From Octopus bimaculoides (taxonomy: Eukaryota), in assembly GCF_001194135.2 (NCBI RefSeq), contig NC_068999.1, positions 50,409,316 to 50,473,248 of the forward strand: a stretch of 63,933 nt of DNA, given 5' to 3'. The notes beneath the pieces are model-generated. The model searched no databases and had not been told where the DNA came from. It saw only the letters and a program-made list of their open reading frames with translations. A program made the translations under genes and the position numbers. Positions 37,831 to 50,642 of this stretch are shown here, in pieces. Numbering within the stretch: position 1 is the stretch's first letter; every line of letters starts with the position of its first letter.

Positions 37831-40016
37831 AAATAGATATCAAATAGAAAATATTGCTTATTTGAGTATGTTGTTGATAAAATGGTGAGAACACCGTAAT
37901 CCGGGGCCACAATCTAGTCGCGATTATTAGCTTGTTAGATTTACTGTCCTTACCTGGGGAATAAATTTAAAACGGTATGTAACAAATATTTAATATTCTC
38001 GAAATAAAAACATAAAGTTTGTGCTTACGATAAAATAAATCAACATTTAGTATATATTGTAGCATATAAAAATGGTAAGCTTTTACTGCCACATTTTTGT
38101 AATAAGCGCTGATTGAAGTCAATTATATTGTGCTTTCATTGCTAGAGACCTTAAAAAAAAGGCTTCTTACAATCGAATTCCTATTCTTTTGGAAATATGA
38201 TTTTGGAGCCTATAAAAAATATATTCATGAAAATTGTAAAAAAAAAAATTCAATATTAGAACATATTTCTAAACACCTCCCGATTCTAGTACAAACACAA
38301 GAGGATGAAGAAGAAAGAAAAATGAAATAGTAAAGAAAAAAAAATTAAAATGGCAACGATATGGCGGCGGATAAAATTATGGAAGGTATTGATTTCTAAT
38401 CGCTTTAAAGTCGGTGAACATTGCTAATTATTAATTTCTGTTGGTGAAAAGTGTCATAAAATCGACTCCTTCTTAATTGAATTTGTAGCAGCGTGCAAGA
38501 GGTCATGACGAGAAAACATGGATAACTACGTTTCTATGGTGCTAAAGAACACAGAGAATGGATTGTTGCAGGGATTAGAAAGAGATAAAATTCGTTTAAG
38601 TTGCGTTTGCACTCTAGTCACTCAGAGAGAAATGCAAATGCTCAGAGAGCACACACACGTGCCCGTGTGGCACAGCAAACAGGCACAGAGTGGTACAAAC
38701 ACGCACATACACACATACACAGACAAACACACATACGGACATACATACGTAGACATATTTATATATATATATATATATATATATTCGAAAAAAGTTCGTT
38801 TTCTGTTTTCGTTTCTCATTGTGTTTAACGTCTTTTTGATATCCTGTACCCATATATGCATGTATGTATGCATATAAATGTAGGTATGTACATATATGTA
38901 TGGATATATGCATATATTTATACATTATTTATGTTATTATATGATCGAACGCCGCGCATCCTTTTCCAAGTAAGTATATATATATATATACATATTTATA
39001 GTTCTCAAAATTGTATGGAGCTGTATTGCAAACTATCTTTGTTCTGAAAATATGTATGCATTTATATTTATATTTATGCAATGACAAGTGCGCACACATT
39101 CATATGCATATATCTGCATTAATGCGTGTACGCATACGAAGGATCATGTATGTATGTGTGAAGAAGTAGAAGCAGGAGTAGAAAACAATGAAGTAAACGA
39201 CAAAGAATAAAAAGATAAAGAAGAAGAAGAAGAAGAAGGAGGAGGAGGAGGAGGAGGAGGGGGAGGGGGACGATGACGACAATGAAAAGAATTAAACATG
39301 AAAAACGATTGAGAAAACAAAATGATCGGTTACAGAAAGGGAGAAGAAGAAAGTATAGAAGAAAAACGAAGAANNNNNNNNNNAAAAAAAAAAAAAAAAA
39401 AAAAAAAAAGGTAAAGAAGAGAAAGAGAAAAGAGGAGGATACATATGACAGTGGTGGATTGGTATAGAAAAATGGTTTTGAATAAAGCCAATAAAGGCAG
39501 GAAGTAGTAGAACAAGAAAATGAAAATGATTGACGATATTATTGGCGGAGAATACAAGGAGAAAATGTTTCTACAAGAACAAGAACCGAAAAAATATGCC
39601 ATGAAAGACACAGAAAATTTGTTAGAATGTGTGTCATAATTTACATTCCTATATTTTTTTATATTGCTTTTTTTAAAATTTTTAACCTAATCCATTTGTG
39701 GGAAAAATTGTGATGTGATTTTAGATAGAAGCATGCTTTGACTTTACATTATCGTTGGTAAAGTTTTTGTGATTACCATTCCTTTCTTACAGATATTTTC
39801 CATTAGACGAAGATCTCCAACACAAAAATAAAATGAAAAAAGACACGAACAAAAATCATAGAAAATATAAATACCTAAATTTTACGTATAAACGTCAACT
39901 TCAGCATAATTTTGGAAGCGTTGACAAATTTTATTGTTATTTTTTANNNNNNNNNNATTAAATTATATATATTTAGGGAAAAAAAAAAAATATATATGCA
40001 ATTTATTATTTGGTAA

Positions 40017-40220
40017 GCTGTGAGAATAGTTAGCACGCCGGGCAAAATACTTAACGGCATTTCGTCCATCGCTACGTTCTGAGTTCAAATTCTGTCAATG
40101 TCGACTTTGCCTTTCATCCATTCGGAGTCGATAAATTAAGTACCAGTGAAACACTAGAAGTGATGTAATCGATTATCCCCCTGCCATCAAATTTCAGACC
40201 TTGTGCCTTTTCCAGAAAAG
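40017..40220 (+). mobile_element. SINE family A
   Basis: gagaatagttagcacgccgggcaaaat...gagttcaaattct...ccttgtgcct, followed by (ATT)n to ~40330. Confidence 0.85.
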
Positions 40221-40254
40221 ATTATTATTATTATTATTACTGTTGTTGTTGTTG

Positions 40255-40327
<73 letters not shown>

Positions 40328-40599
40328 CATCATAATATTTTCCGTGTGTTGTGGTTGGTGCCGACGAGAAGACAGCTGTTTTCCAATGAATGGATAAATT
40401 GCACCAGAAAGTACCTGTACATAAACAGCTGAATATTCTGTGATATTGCTAAGGGGAAATTATTAAACCTCTGATATATTTTCCTATGTTACGTAGTAAA
40501 GGTGTGAGAAACAAGGATGAATTTACCATTGGGACGGAAATATATGAACTTATGTAGCAATGTCATCAGCATGTATTTTAATTACCAGCTGGTAGAATC

Positions 40600-41300
40600 A
40601 TTAACATCATAGTATAATGAAGCATAAGCAAGAAGTGGATTTACAGAACCCTTGGAGAGTCAGAAAGAGAAATATAATTTGATTCAATCCTCCATGCAAC
40701 ATAAAAGCTTTATCTAACATAGCTAGGAGTTTCCAACACTACCTGAAGAACATTTCCTTACAGCCAGTAGGTGTAATAAACTCTTCAATCCATACAATGT
40801 CAAGGGCCGTAATCTTGATCTAACAAAATAGCTTTAAATATCGCACGCTCCAATAAGTGTAAACGCACACATATACGGACTTCAACCTACACCCAACTTG
40901 TAACTATCGAAATCCTATTGACTGTCCACTGAAAGGATACTATCTGTCAAACACTGTAGTCTATAGAGTCATCCATCCAACACCCGGAAGGAGACTACAC
41001 GGGCATGATAGGCAATGATTTTAAGGAAAGCTATACACAACACACGCCCTCTTTCGAGTTCAAGGATTAAGAAAACTTTACCAAACTTCCCCGCTTCATC
41101 TGGAGACTACGTGAACATCGAAATGATTTTCCCAAAGTCAAATGGAATATTGTTGAGAGGGATTCTCTTTATTCACCTGGAGCTCACAATTGCCACTCTG
41201 TTCCCACGAGAGACTACGTATACTTCACAAATCCGTATTCATCAATAAGAATAAGATATCTTAATGTTGCCACCAGAATTTCACTCTTTTAATACATTTC
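40600..41300 (+). mobile_element. Penelope-like retroelement, decayed 3' part of ORF (RT thumb, linker, GIY-YIG endonuclease)
   Basis: With frameshifts and stops: YNEA*ARSGFTEPLE, RKRNII*FNPP, EHFLTASRCNKLFNPYNVK, CNYRNPIDCPLKGYYLSNTVVYRV, YTGMIGNDFKESYTQHTPSF, TKLPRFIWRL..KWNIV..YSPGAHNCH, INKNKIS*CCHQN. All are colinear with the PLE consensus as I recall it (IIWFNPP; CNC..CPL.G.C..VVY; YIG..FK.RY..H..SF; LN.R.E..S.CRH). Confidence 0.85.
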
Positions 41301-42099
41301 AATACCCTGATAGTTGACAACCCAGATACACCGCCCTAGGCCTAGTTATTCCACGAACAAAAGCAGAGTATATAACCCCTGCTGCCTGTATTGACTACTG
41401 CCCAAATGAGTATGCATATATATGCACATATATTTGTATTCATTTATATGCACACTTATGTACTTATATACATACATATTTACAAGCACAAGTATATGCA
41501 CATATACACACATATACAGGCACATAAATACACCGAAACGCGCACAAATACAAATATATATATTCACATTCAGAAAGCAATCAATCAACCAATCAATCAA
41601 TCAACCAATCAATCAATTTGATTTACATAAAAACAAAGGTGAGTAAAATACAACTGCTTTACCGTGATTGGTGAACATCTGATATTAAGAAATATATAAC
41701 CAACAACAACAATCAAAATACTTTCTATCGTATTTTCTGGAACTACACTGACTAACGTCCAAAGGAATGACACCTGGAGAGGTTGGAAAAGGGTAAATGG
41801 TGGAGGAAGTGGGGAGGGGACAGGGTAAGTGGTCATTATAGTTTTATAAATGAGCATACCCTAATTGGATTGATGCGACTCCTGGGTACTGGGAAGTGCC
41901 GAACCGGGACTGGTTACTCGCAGCACGAGTATTCATATACATAGAATACTTGTCATCTGAAACGAATATAAAATGTTAAAAAAAGGGCGGGAGAACGCCA
42001 TGACAATTTTTACCGCCAATAATAAAAACAACAACAACAACAACAATAAATCGCCAAAATAATATATCGAAGAACGAGTGACGCAAATTCAGAATCATG

Positions 42100-42191
42100 A
42101 AATTGGAGGCATACAGCAACAACAACAACAACAACAACAGCAGCAGCAACATCACTCAATACCAGGCCAGGCCTTATCATCATCATCATCA

Positions 42192-42253
<62 letters not shown>

Positions 42254-42341
42254 TCAGATGTCAGTAATCTTATTAATACTTCAAGCTTTTTTTATTGCAT
42301 AAACCAGTACAGAACTGAGTTTCTCGGGTCACACCCAAGAG

Positions 42342-42410
<69 letters not shown>

Positions 42411-42442
42411 AATTTTTAATATTATTAATTATAATCATTAAC

Positions 42443-42534
<92 letters not shown>

Positions 42535-42565
42535 GTCATCATCATCATCATCATCATCATCATCG
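42100..42565. repeat. Compound (CAA)n/(ATC)n/(ATT)n microsatellite
   Basis: Directly visible. Confidence 0.95.
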
Positions 42566-43204
42566 TCAAGTCAGTGAGTTCAGTAAAACGAGTGAAGAAT
42601 TAACCAGTTACTCATAGATGGATGGGGGAGCTGGAGGTTGAAAAGCAAAATAAATAAATAAAAAAAAACACACGAACGAACAAACAAACAAACGAACGAA
42701 CAAACAAACGAGCAAAGAAACAAAATAAATAACCAAATCCTTTAATAGATTAATAAACGTCTTATGACGTCATCAAACCAATAATTAATTCAACTACTCT
42801 CTAAACTGATTCAAAGTTGGAAAAACAAGAAAGAAATTCTACTGTTGTTAGATAGATTCGAAATGAGATTACCTTAAGACATACGTCACGCATCAATTTT
42901 GATCTTTTGATAAATTTAATTCGTTACTGACTTAAATCAACGTAAAATCTAATTAACCTGTTTTAAAATTAACCTCTGGTAATTTTTGCTATTTTTCCGC
43001 TAACATACAAATTCACGCACACTGTGTTACTTCTGCTAAATATTAATGCATATTAATATACATATATACATAAGTATGTATATGTATATACAAAATATAA
43101 GTATACACACATATAAAGATATACACACACACACACATCTAGCTATACTATGCATATACACACAAATATATATATAATATATTTATATGTATATACATAT
43201 ACAT

Positions 43205-43291
<87 letters not shown>

Positions 43292-43677
43292 CACCTACAT
43301 ATATACTTACCTACCTCCACACCACACACACATACACACACATATATAAGACATTATATTCAAAACAATTACAACCTGCCGCTGACTGAATAGCGTAATG
43401 CTTAATAAATTGCCTCATTTGTAAATTATTCCCTCAAATATTGTTGGTTTATTGCTAAGAGTTAATAGCTATCAGTAAGCAATACAGAAATGAAAATATA
43501 AGAATATGAGGAAATGATAATCAAACCATAATAATAAGTATGGGAGACCAGAAAGGACGAAAAGATTGAATTTGATGAATTTTGAATGTGGAAGATATAA
43601 AATATAGAATGAAATAAACGCTGACAAGAGAACGTAAGGAAGTAACAGATTTTCATGATTACACCATGGAATAGATG

Positions 43678-43860
43678 GTCCTTCTTCGGTTTCGACGATG
43701 GTGATGCAGTTTATTCGATTAAAGGAATTATCTGCTTACTGAATCACAATGTGAAAATGGCGGAACTGACACGTGTATCCTTAATGTTATTCTCAGGCAG
43801 AGTCTGCATGTCAGAGTGTTACAGAACTGTTTCCTTGAATCACATGTACAGTTCATCCGA
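43678..43860 (-). mobile_element. SINE family C, highly diverged copy
   Basis: ttcttcggtttcgacgatgg...gacacgtgtatccttaatgttattctcagg... is colinear with 54955-55100 and the reverse complement of 2147-2268. Confidence 0.5.
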
Positions 43861-43964
43861 CAGGATTCCTCACAGTTTCTGTCCACCCGTTTTCACTCGC
43901 AAGTATTGTTTTGTTTTTTATCTTTATTTATATCTTTGTCTTTATCTTTTACTTGTTTTAGTTA

Positions 43965-44011
43965 TCGGCAACAACAATGTCGACAGCAACAAAGACAACA
44001 ACAGCAGCAGC

Positions 44012-44078
<67 letters not shown>

Positions 44079-44100
44079 GCAACAGCAACACCAGCAGCAA
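43965..44100. repeat. (CAA)n/(CAG)n microsatellite
   Basis: Directly visible; source of poly-Q/N/T ORFs. Confidence 0.95.
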
Positions 44101-44260
44101 CGACAGAAATATCAGCTGCTGCATTTCACATGTTCAAGAAATGTAGTTTTCTTACGTAGACTTTCAGAAAACAATGCCAGTCTGGAGTCTTGTGTAACCA
44201 GATGAAGAAAGGAAGCCAAACTTCCAAATTTCTTGAACCATTATGCACCATGGAGATCTA

Positions 44261-44301
<41 letters not shown>

Positions 44302-44361
44302 TTCATTCGATCGCTAGAATACGGCAGCGAACACTCCCTCAGTGGTCCTGATATCTTTGAT

Positions 44362-44537
44362 ACATATAAACTACATACATCCCACACATAAACTACATAT
44401 CTCCCACGCATAAATTACATACCTCCCACACACATATACTACATATCTCCCACACATAAACTACATATCTCCCACACATAAACTACGTATCTCCCACACA
44501 TAAACTACGTATCTCCCACACACAAACTGCGTATCTC
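44362..44537. repeat. 22-bp minisatellite (ctacatatctcccacacataaa) x ~8
   Basis: Unit read directly at 44461-44482 and repeated with small variants. Confidence 0.9.
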
Positions 44538-45218
44538 AAACTCATAAAATACATGGATGTGTGGGAGACACGTGGTTGCTTGGCCCGTAAAAAAGCCGGA
44601 TCAAATCTTTTTCAGGTAAAAGCCTATTCCTAATAAAATACGGAGACACTTTAGACAATGTATTGCTAGATACGTAAAGTCTGAGTAAAAGAGAAGTTGA
44701 TTCGATTATAGCTCATGCACATTGGATCATAAATCTGATTTTTTAGGAACGACATTGGGAGAAACATGAACGAGGACAAGATATGACATGTATCAATCTT
44801 ACAATAAAGTTTACAGAGAAATACACAGAAGAGAACACCCGCAACAGAGGTGAAATTTTATTCCATGCTATGTTCCATAAATTATTTTGACTTGTGGGCG
44901 TGGATAACTCGTGTGATACGTCAGAAGCAAACAGAAAATCAGTTGGAAGATGTATTTCTAGAAGTTAAGAACTCCACCACCCTATGCCTAGCACGCATGC
45001 GCGAAAACACAAAAACACACACACAAGCTCATATGTACTTACACATACTCATACGCACACAATCACACACACATGCACACAAACACACAAGCATATATAT
45101 AGATACACATACTCATACAAACACACAATCACACGCACATACACTGACACACACACACACCAACAAGCACATACATACATGTATACATACATACGTACAC
45201 ATACTCATTCACACACAC

Positions 45219-45285
<67 letters not shown>

Positions 45286-45535
45286 CACACACATCTACGT
45301 AGGCAAATTCATACACAGCCGTATCCAGGAAAATACTACTGCATATTATGCCGAAATACCTGCATTGACTCATCCAAATCAGAAATAAGAACAGACAAAA
45401 AAGACAAGAATGATAATACAGAAAGAATTCATAATACAGGATTAAAAAAAATGTTTAAAGCTTAAGCGGATAAATGCAGCTTAACTCATAATTGATACAA
45501 TTGCTTTTTGTTTCATATATATAGATATATTATAG

Positions 45536-45698
45536 TCGCAGGAATAGCTGTGTGGTAAGTAGCTTGCTTATAAACCACATGGTTCCGGGTTCAGTCCCAC
45601 TGCATGGCACCTTCATGGCAAGTGACTTCTACTATAGCCTCGGACCGACCAAAGTCTTGTGATTGGATTTGGTAGACGAAAACTGAAAGAAGCTCGTC

Positions 45699-45784
<86 letters not shown>

Positions 45785-45988
45785 GTGTGTGTGTGTATGT
45801 GTGTGTGTGCGTGTGTGAGAGTGTGTGTGTGTGCGTGTGTGTGCGCGTGCGGTCTTTATATGTTTGTGCATCTGTGTTTGTCCACCCCCACCATCGCTTG
45901 ACAACCGATGTTGGTGTGTTTACGTGCCTGTAACTTAGGGGTTCGGCAAAAGAGACCGATAGAATAAGTACTATGCTTACAAATAATA
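45536..45988 (+). mobile_element. SINE family B, best-preserved copy, with internal (TA)n(TG)n microsatellite
   Basis: tRNA-like head (gctgtgtggtaag...gggttcagtccc), ggcaagtgacttct core, microsatellite at ~45700-45850, body gcttgacaaccgatgttggtgtgtttacg...gagaccgatagaataagtact. Confidence 0.9.
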
Positions 45989-47177
45989 ACACCCTCTCCC
46001 TTCTCTCTGGACTCTTTCCGAAGAAGAGCCATGCTTGAAACGTCATTCCCCACTCATTTTCCCATCTAAAACTTTCCCTGTATGTCAATCTCATACATAC
46101 ATTGTGTACATCCGTTTGACTTGCATTGTTTCTCCTGTCTTCTACTCTTTACACAGACACACACACATACATACACACACATATGTAAATGTAAGGAGAA
46201 AGGGCGAGATGGGGTGGGGTAGACACAAATATCTTAATATCGACCTTTCGCTAAATTTACTGCTTTGCGTTTTCTAACACATCTTCAGAAGTCGAACTGA
46301 TTTCGCATAAAATTACACAATATTTGTATAAATCATATTATAAAAGAATTAAAAAAAAACATTTTGACGGAAACAAACAATAATAAAACATCACTTTTAG
46401 ATATAATAAGAAACACTGCGTCCTAATGAATATTTGCTGGTGTTGCCATATTAAGCGAGTCTGAGATCGATTTTTGTATAGAAATATAGAGTGAGAGAAC
46501 AATAGAAGAAATGAAAGACGGTAGAATACATAGAAAGGAAAGTGCACGAAAGGAATTAAATGCCGAGAACCCGAGACAGAGAGAAAATATCTCCTGGGAT
46601 TTACTTAACGGTTAAATTACACTGTGACACGATTTCTGCCTTTGGGTAGCAACTGTTATTTCCTGTTTGCTTACCACTAGAAAGTATGAAAAAGGGCTAA
46701 TATTTCCGTCAAACTTTGCTTTTGTTACATTTATTAAAATCTGAAAGAACAACTCTCAATACATATTTATGACGCTTCCCCACTACTCCTGCTCCTGATC
46801 AGAGATGCACATATTGTCAGCTACTAAGGGACATGTTCAAGTGGTTATGGTCAATTAAGTGACAAGCAAAGACGTATGTATCGAGAAGGATATTTGCTAT
46901 AACGATACTTCTGTTTCAGCAACACAGCGCTGAATCTGTACCATTTATGTACCAGTTATGCACTGGCGTCGATGTAATCGACTTACCGAACTTGCTGGTA
47001 TTATGCTAAAATTTTAAGCCAATATTACAATTAATGATTTCCATTATTACATATTAACCGGTTTCTTTTTTAGTTCGAGAGATTTTAAATTTTAATATAA
47101 ATATAAANNNNNNNNNNNNNNNNNNNNNNNNNNNNNNNNNNNNNNNNNNNNNNNNNNNNNNNNNNNNNNNNNNNNNN

Positions 47178-47208
<31 letters not shown>

Positions 47209-48135
47209 GTGCTTGTGTGTTCATATATTATACAAACATATAAATTACACACACACGCGCACACACAAACACACACACACACATTATACATATACATTTG
47301 TATGTGCACATACACATATATGCAAATATATATATATATTTGTCATGATTGCTCAACCTGCTAGAAATAAGTGATCAAATTGTTCTCCGATTGCTCTCTA
47401 GTACCTGGCTGGAAATGTAAGATAGGCATTGGACTATAATGTGGTCCAAAATACGAAGTGAGCAAACGAATGACGGGATTGACATTGAATACTAGGACGT
47501 TTTTGATCAAAGGTTTACACAACGGAGGTTGACCTGGCGTCGTACAACCCCATAACAATACAGCAACAGCAGCAGCAGGGACAACAGCAACAACAAAAAC
47601 AACAACAACAACAAGAGCAACGATAACAACGACAGGAATAGTAACAACAACAAATATAGCAAAAGAATGGCTGGCTGCCATAATTGTATTGACATCAAAA
47701 AGTATACGATCAATACACAAAAATAAGAAGAAACAGCGACGAGACTCTAATATCACTGGTCCTTTAGTTAGGACAGCAAAACGCAAAAATACAATAGAGG
47801 AAAATAAAGATTGTGAGACGTAGATGTCTCTTCTAAAGACATTACCGGCGTTGGTGAATTTGCGTTTGGTTCGAGCTGGAATAGAAACAAGATTGCTGAG
47901 TACTATGGCGTTTAATTCATCATATAAAGGTTATTTCTTTGGCATTGCAAAGACGTGATAGAATATTTTAGGGAATCGAAAGGGGTCGTTGTGATACTCA
48001 TACCGCCCCCAAGTATATCTGTTCCGTAACTGTTGTTAGAAAAATACCTTCTATGAATTACTAACAGCCGGAAGGTCTCAGCTTGCGTTTTGTAACTATG
48101 GAAACAAAATTAATTTTAACCTATTAAAGGAGCTA

Positions 48136-48860
48136 AGGCGGTGAGCTAGCAGAATCGTTAGCACACCGGACAAAGTGCTTAGTGGCATTTCGTCCGTCTT
48201 AAGGTGGAGAACTGGCAGAATTGTTAGCACGCCGGACAAAATGCTTAGCTGCATTTCGTCTGTCTTTACATTCTGAGTTCAAATACGCCGACTTCGCCTT
48301 TCGACTTTGCCTTTCATCCTTCCAGGGTCGATGAAATAAGTACCAATTGAACACTGGGATCGATGTAATTGACTTACTCCCTCACTGAAAGTGTTGGCCT
48401 TGTGCTAAAATTTAAAATCAATATATTAAAATGCCAAGGCGGCGATGTGGCAAAATCGTTAGGACGCCGGGCAAAATGCTTAGCGTCATTTCACTCGTTC
48501 TGAGTTCAATTTCAATCGTAGTTGATTTACCTCTTATCCTTCAGGGTCGATAAGGTAAGTACCAGCTGAGCACTGGGGTCGATGTAATTGAGTCACTCCC
48601 TTCCCCGAAATTGCTGGGCTTGTACCAAAATTTGAAATGAATTTATTGGAGGCATCGAATTACAAATCATTAAAGCGGCGAACAATACACAATACAGTAT
48701 GTCCTCCGGCTTTTTTGTAACTATGGAAACAAAATTAATTTTAGTATTTTGAAGGTGGTAATCGTTATAGCGATACAGTAGCTGTTTCGGCCTTTTACGT
48801 TCTGAGTTCAAATCCGGTCGATGTCAACTCAACTTTGCCTTTCATCGACTCCAGGTACGA
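48136..48860 (+). mobile_element. Stack of four co-oriented SINE family A copies or fragments
   Basis: Heads at ~48136 (truncated after 65 nt), 48201 and 48436, plus a fragment at ~48780-48860. Confidence 0.85.
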
Positions 48861-50597
48861 CAAAATGTATCACTGGTATCTGTGTGTAGTTCCATTTCAA
48901 ACAACTTATGTATGTTATGCTTTGTCAAACGCAATTGTGATGTAAGAAGGATTATACAAAGCTGAACTAAGTTTTGTATTTCCACTACTATCTAGGGGCA
49001 AAATTTTTTCAATATATATTTTCTGCTAAAAGGGAGTCTTGAATTTCAGAACAACTGTATTAGAAGGCTATATCCCTCATCTTGGCCTTTGTTGCGTTGG
49101 ATCAATGTAACAAGTCTTTGTTACTAATAACTGAGAATTTCCCATCGAACCCAGACTGGGGCTCCATTTTGTATTTGTATCTTTGACTCATTGAATCAAA
49201 TTATATTTTCACCGCTGTAATCTACTGAAAAAAGAATTTTGCTCTTCATATCTTGTGTTGCTAAATCTTATAGATACATACATATGCACATACGCATGTG
49301 CATGCATATGTGTAATGTGCGTATGTTTGTGTGTATTCTATTGAATGCATTCTAATTCTCCTCACACATACTACAGTCACTGTTTCAACTTTTCCGATAC
49401 AAAAACGATTCACATGTTCAGTATTATAAACAATAGAGCAATTTGAATGCATATATGTATATACATACGCACGCACGATATTTATCTATCTGTCTATCTG
49501 ACTATCTATACGTCGATCGATCGACTTCATCGGGTCAACGTAATATATTTTTAACTTTTAATTTTTAGCATTAGCAAAAGTATCAATCTCGGTGAAGTAG
49601 AGTTTTGAAAGAAACTATGGTCAAAAAGACAACAGTTTTCCCCAAAGGATGAAAGCCAAAGTTGACTGTGATTGGGTAGAAACTCAAAGCAAATAGACGG
49701 GACGAACAACGAAAACCATTTTATCCGTCATTTTATTGAATTTTCTATCTTCCATTCTATGCCAAATATTCTCATTCATTCACCAACATTCGTTGCCAGT
49801 CAAGTTGTTTTTATAGTTTGTTGTTGGTTTAATCATTTCACAATATGTTACAGGTACAATTTTTTCTATCGAATGTCGGATGTGTATGGAAATTGGTGTC
49901 ATAAATAAGATCTACTCTGCTATAGGTTAAGTCAAGAGATGAACCAAGTGATATGAAGTTAACTAACAGTTGCCATTTGTAACTTACGATGACTCCTTCG
50001 TATCATGCTGTAAAAATATATGACTGTGTTTTATCTTACTAGATCTAAATACAGTTACAGAAACATAGAAAAGAAAAAAAGAAGTAAATCGTTAGTACTT
50101 GAGAGTATTAAGAAATCTAAACAATCAGTTTTAAGTAAAGAAACTGTAAAAGACATTTAAAACAGGCACTGGACTAACTCGTCAACTTCAATAAGCATTG
50201 TGAATTACAATATTATTATTAACAAGGTAATCAATAATGAAAAAAAAAAGAAGAAGAATCGTAAACAATCACATCATTAAAAACAACAACCACAACAACA
50301 ACAACAACCACGATATCAAAGATAAAAAGATGTATAGAAACAAGAGAATATATAGCTTAATGTTAGATATAACATGACATGATGACTCAGTCAAGTAAAA
50401 GCAACAGGAATATATTTGTAATAGCGAAATATCTTAGTTTAGACACTAAGTATGCATCAACTGGAGCAGACACACGTACACACACAAACAGAGACATACA
50501 TATATGCATACATACATACATACATACATACATACATACATACTTACATACATACATANNNNNNNNNNNNNNNNNNNNNNNNNNNNNNNNNNNNNNN

Positions 50598-50642
<45 letters not shown>

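Noticed and set aside
36206-44251. Two minus-strand AG/GT-bounded open segments (~36206-36311 and ~44156-44251)
   Set aside because: Peptides look non-biological, the acceptors overlap a repeat or (TA)n, and chaining them gives nothing recognisable.
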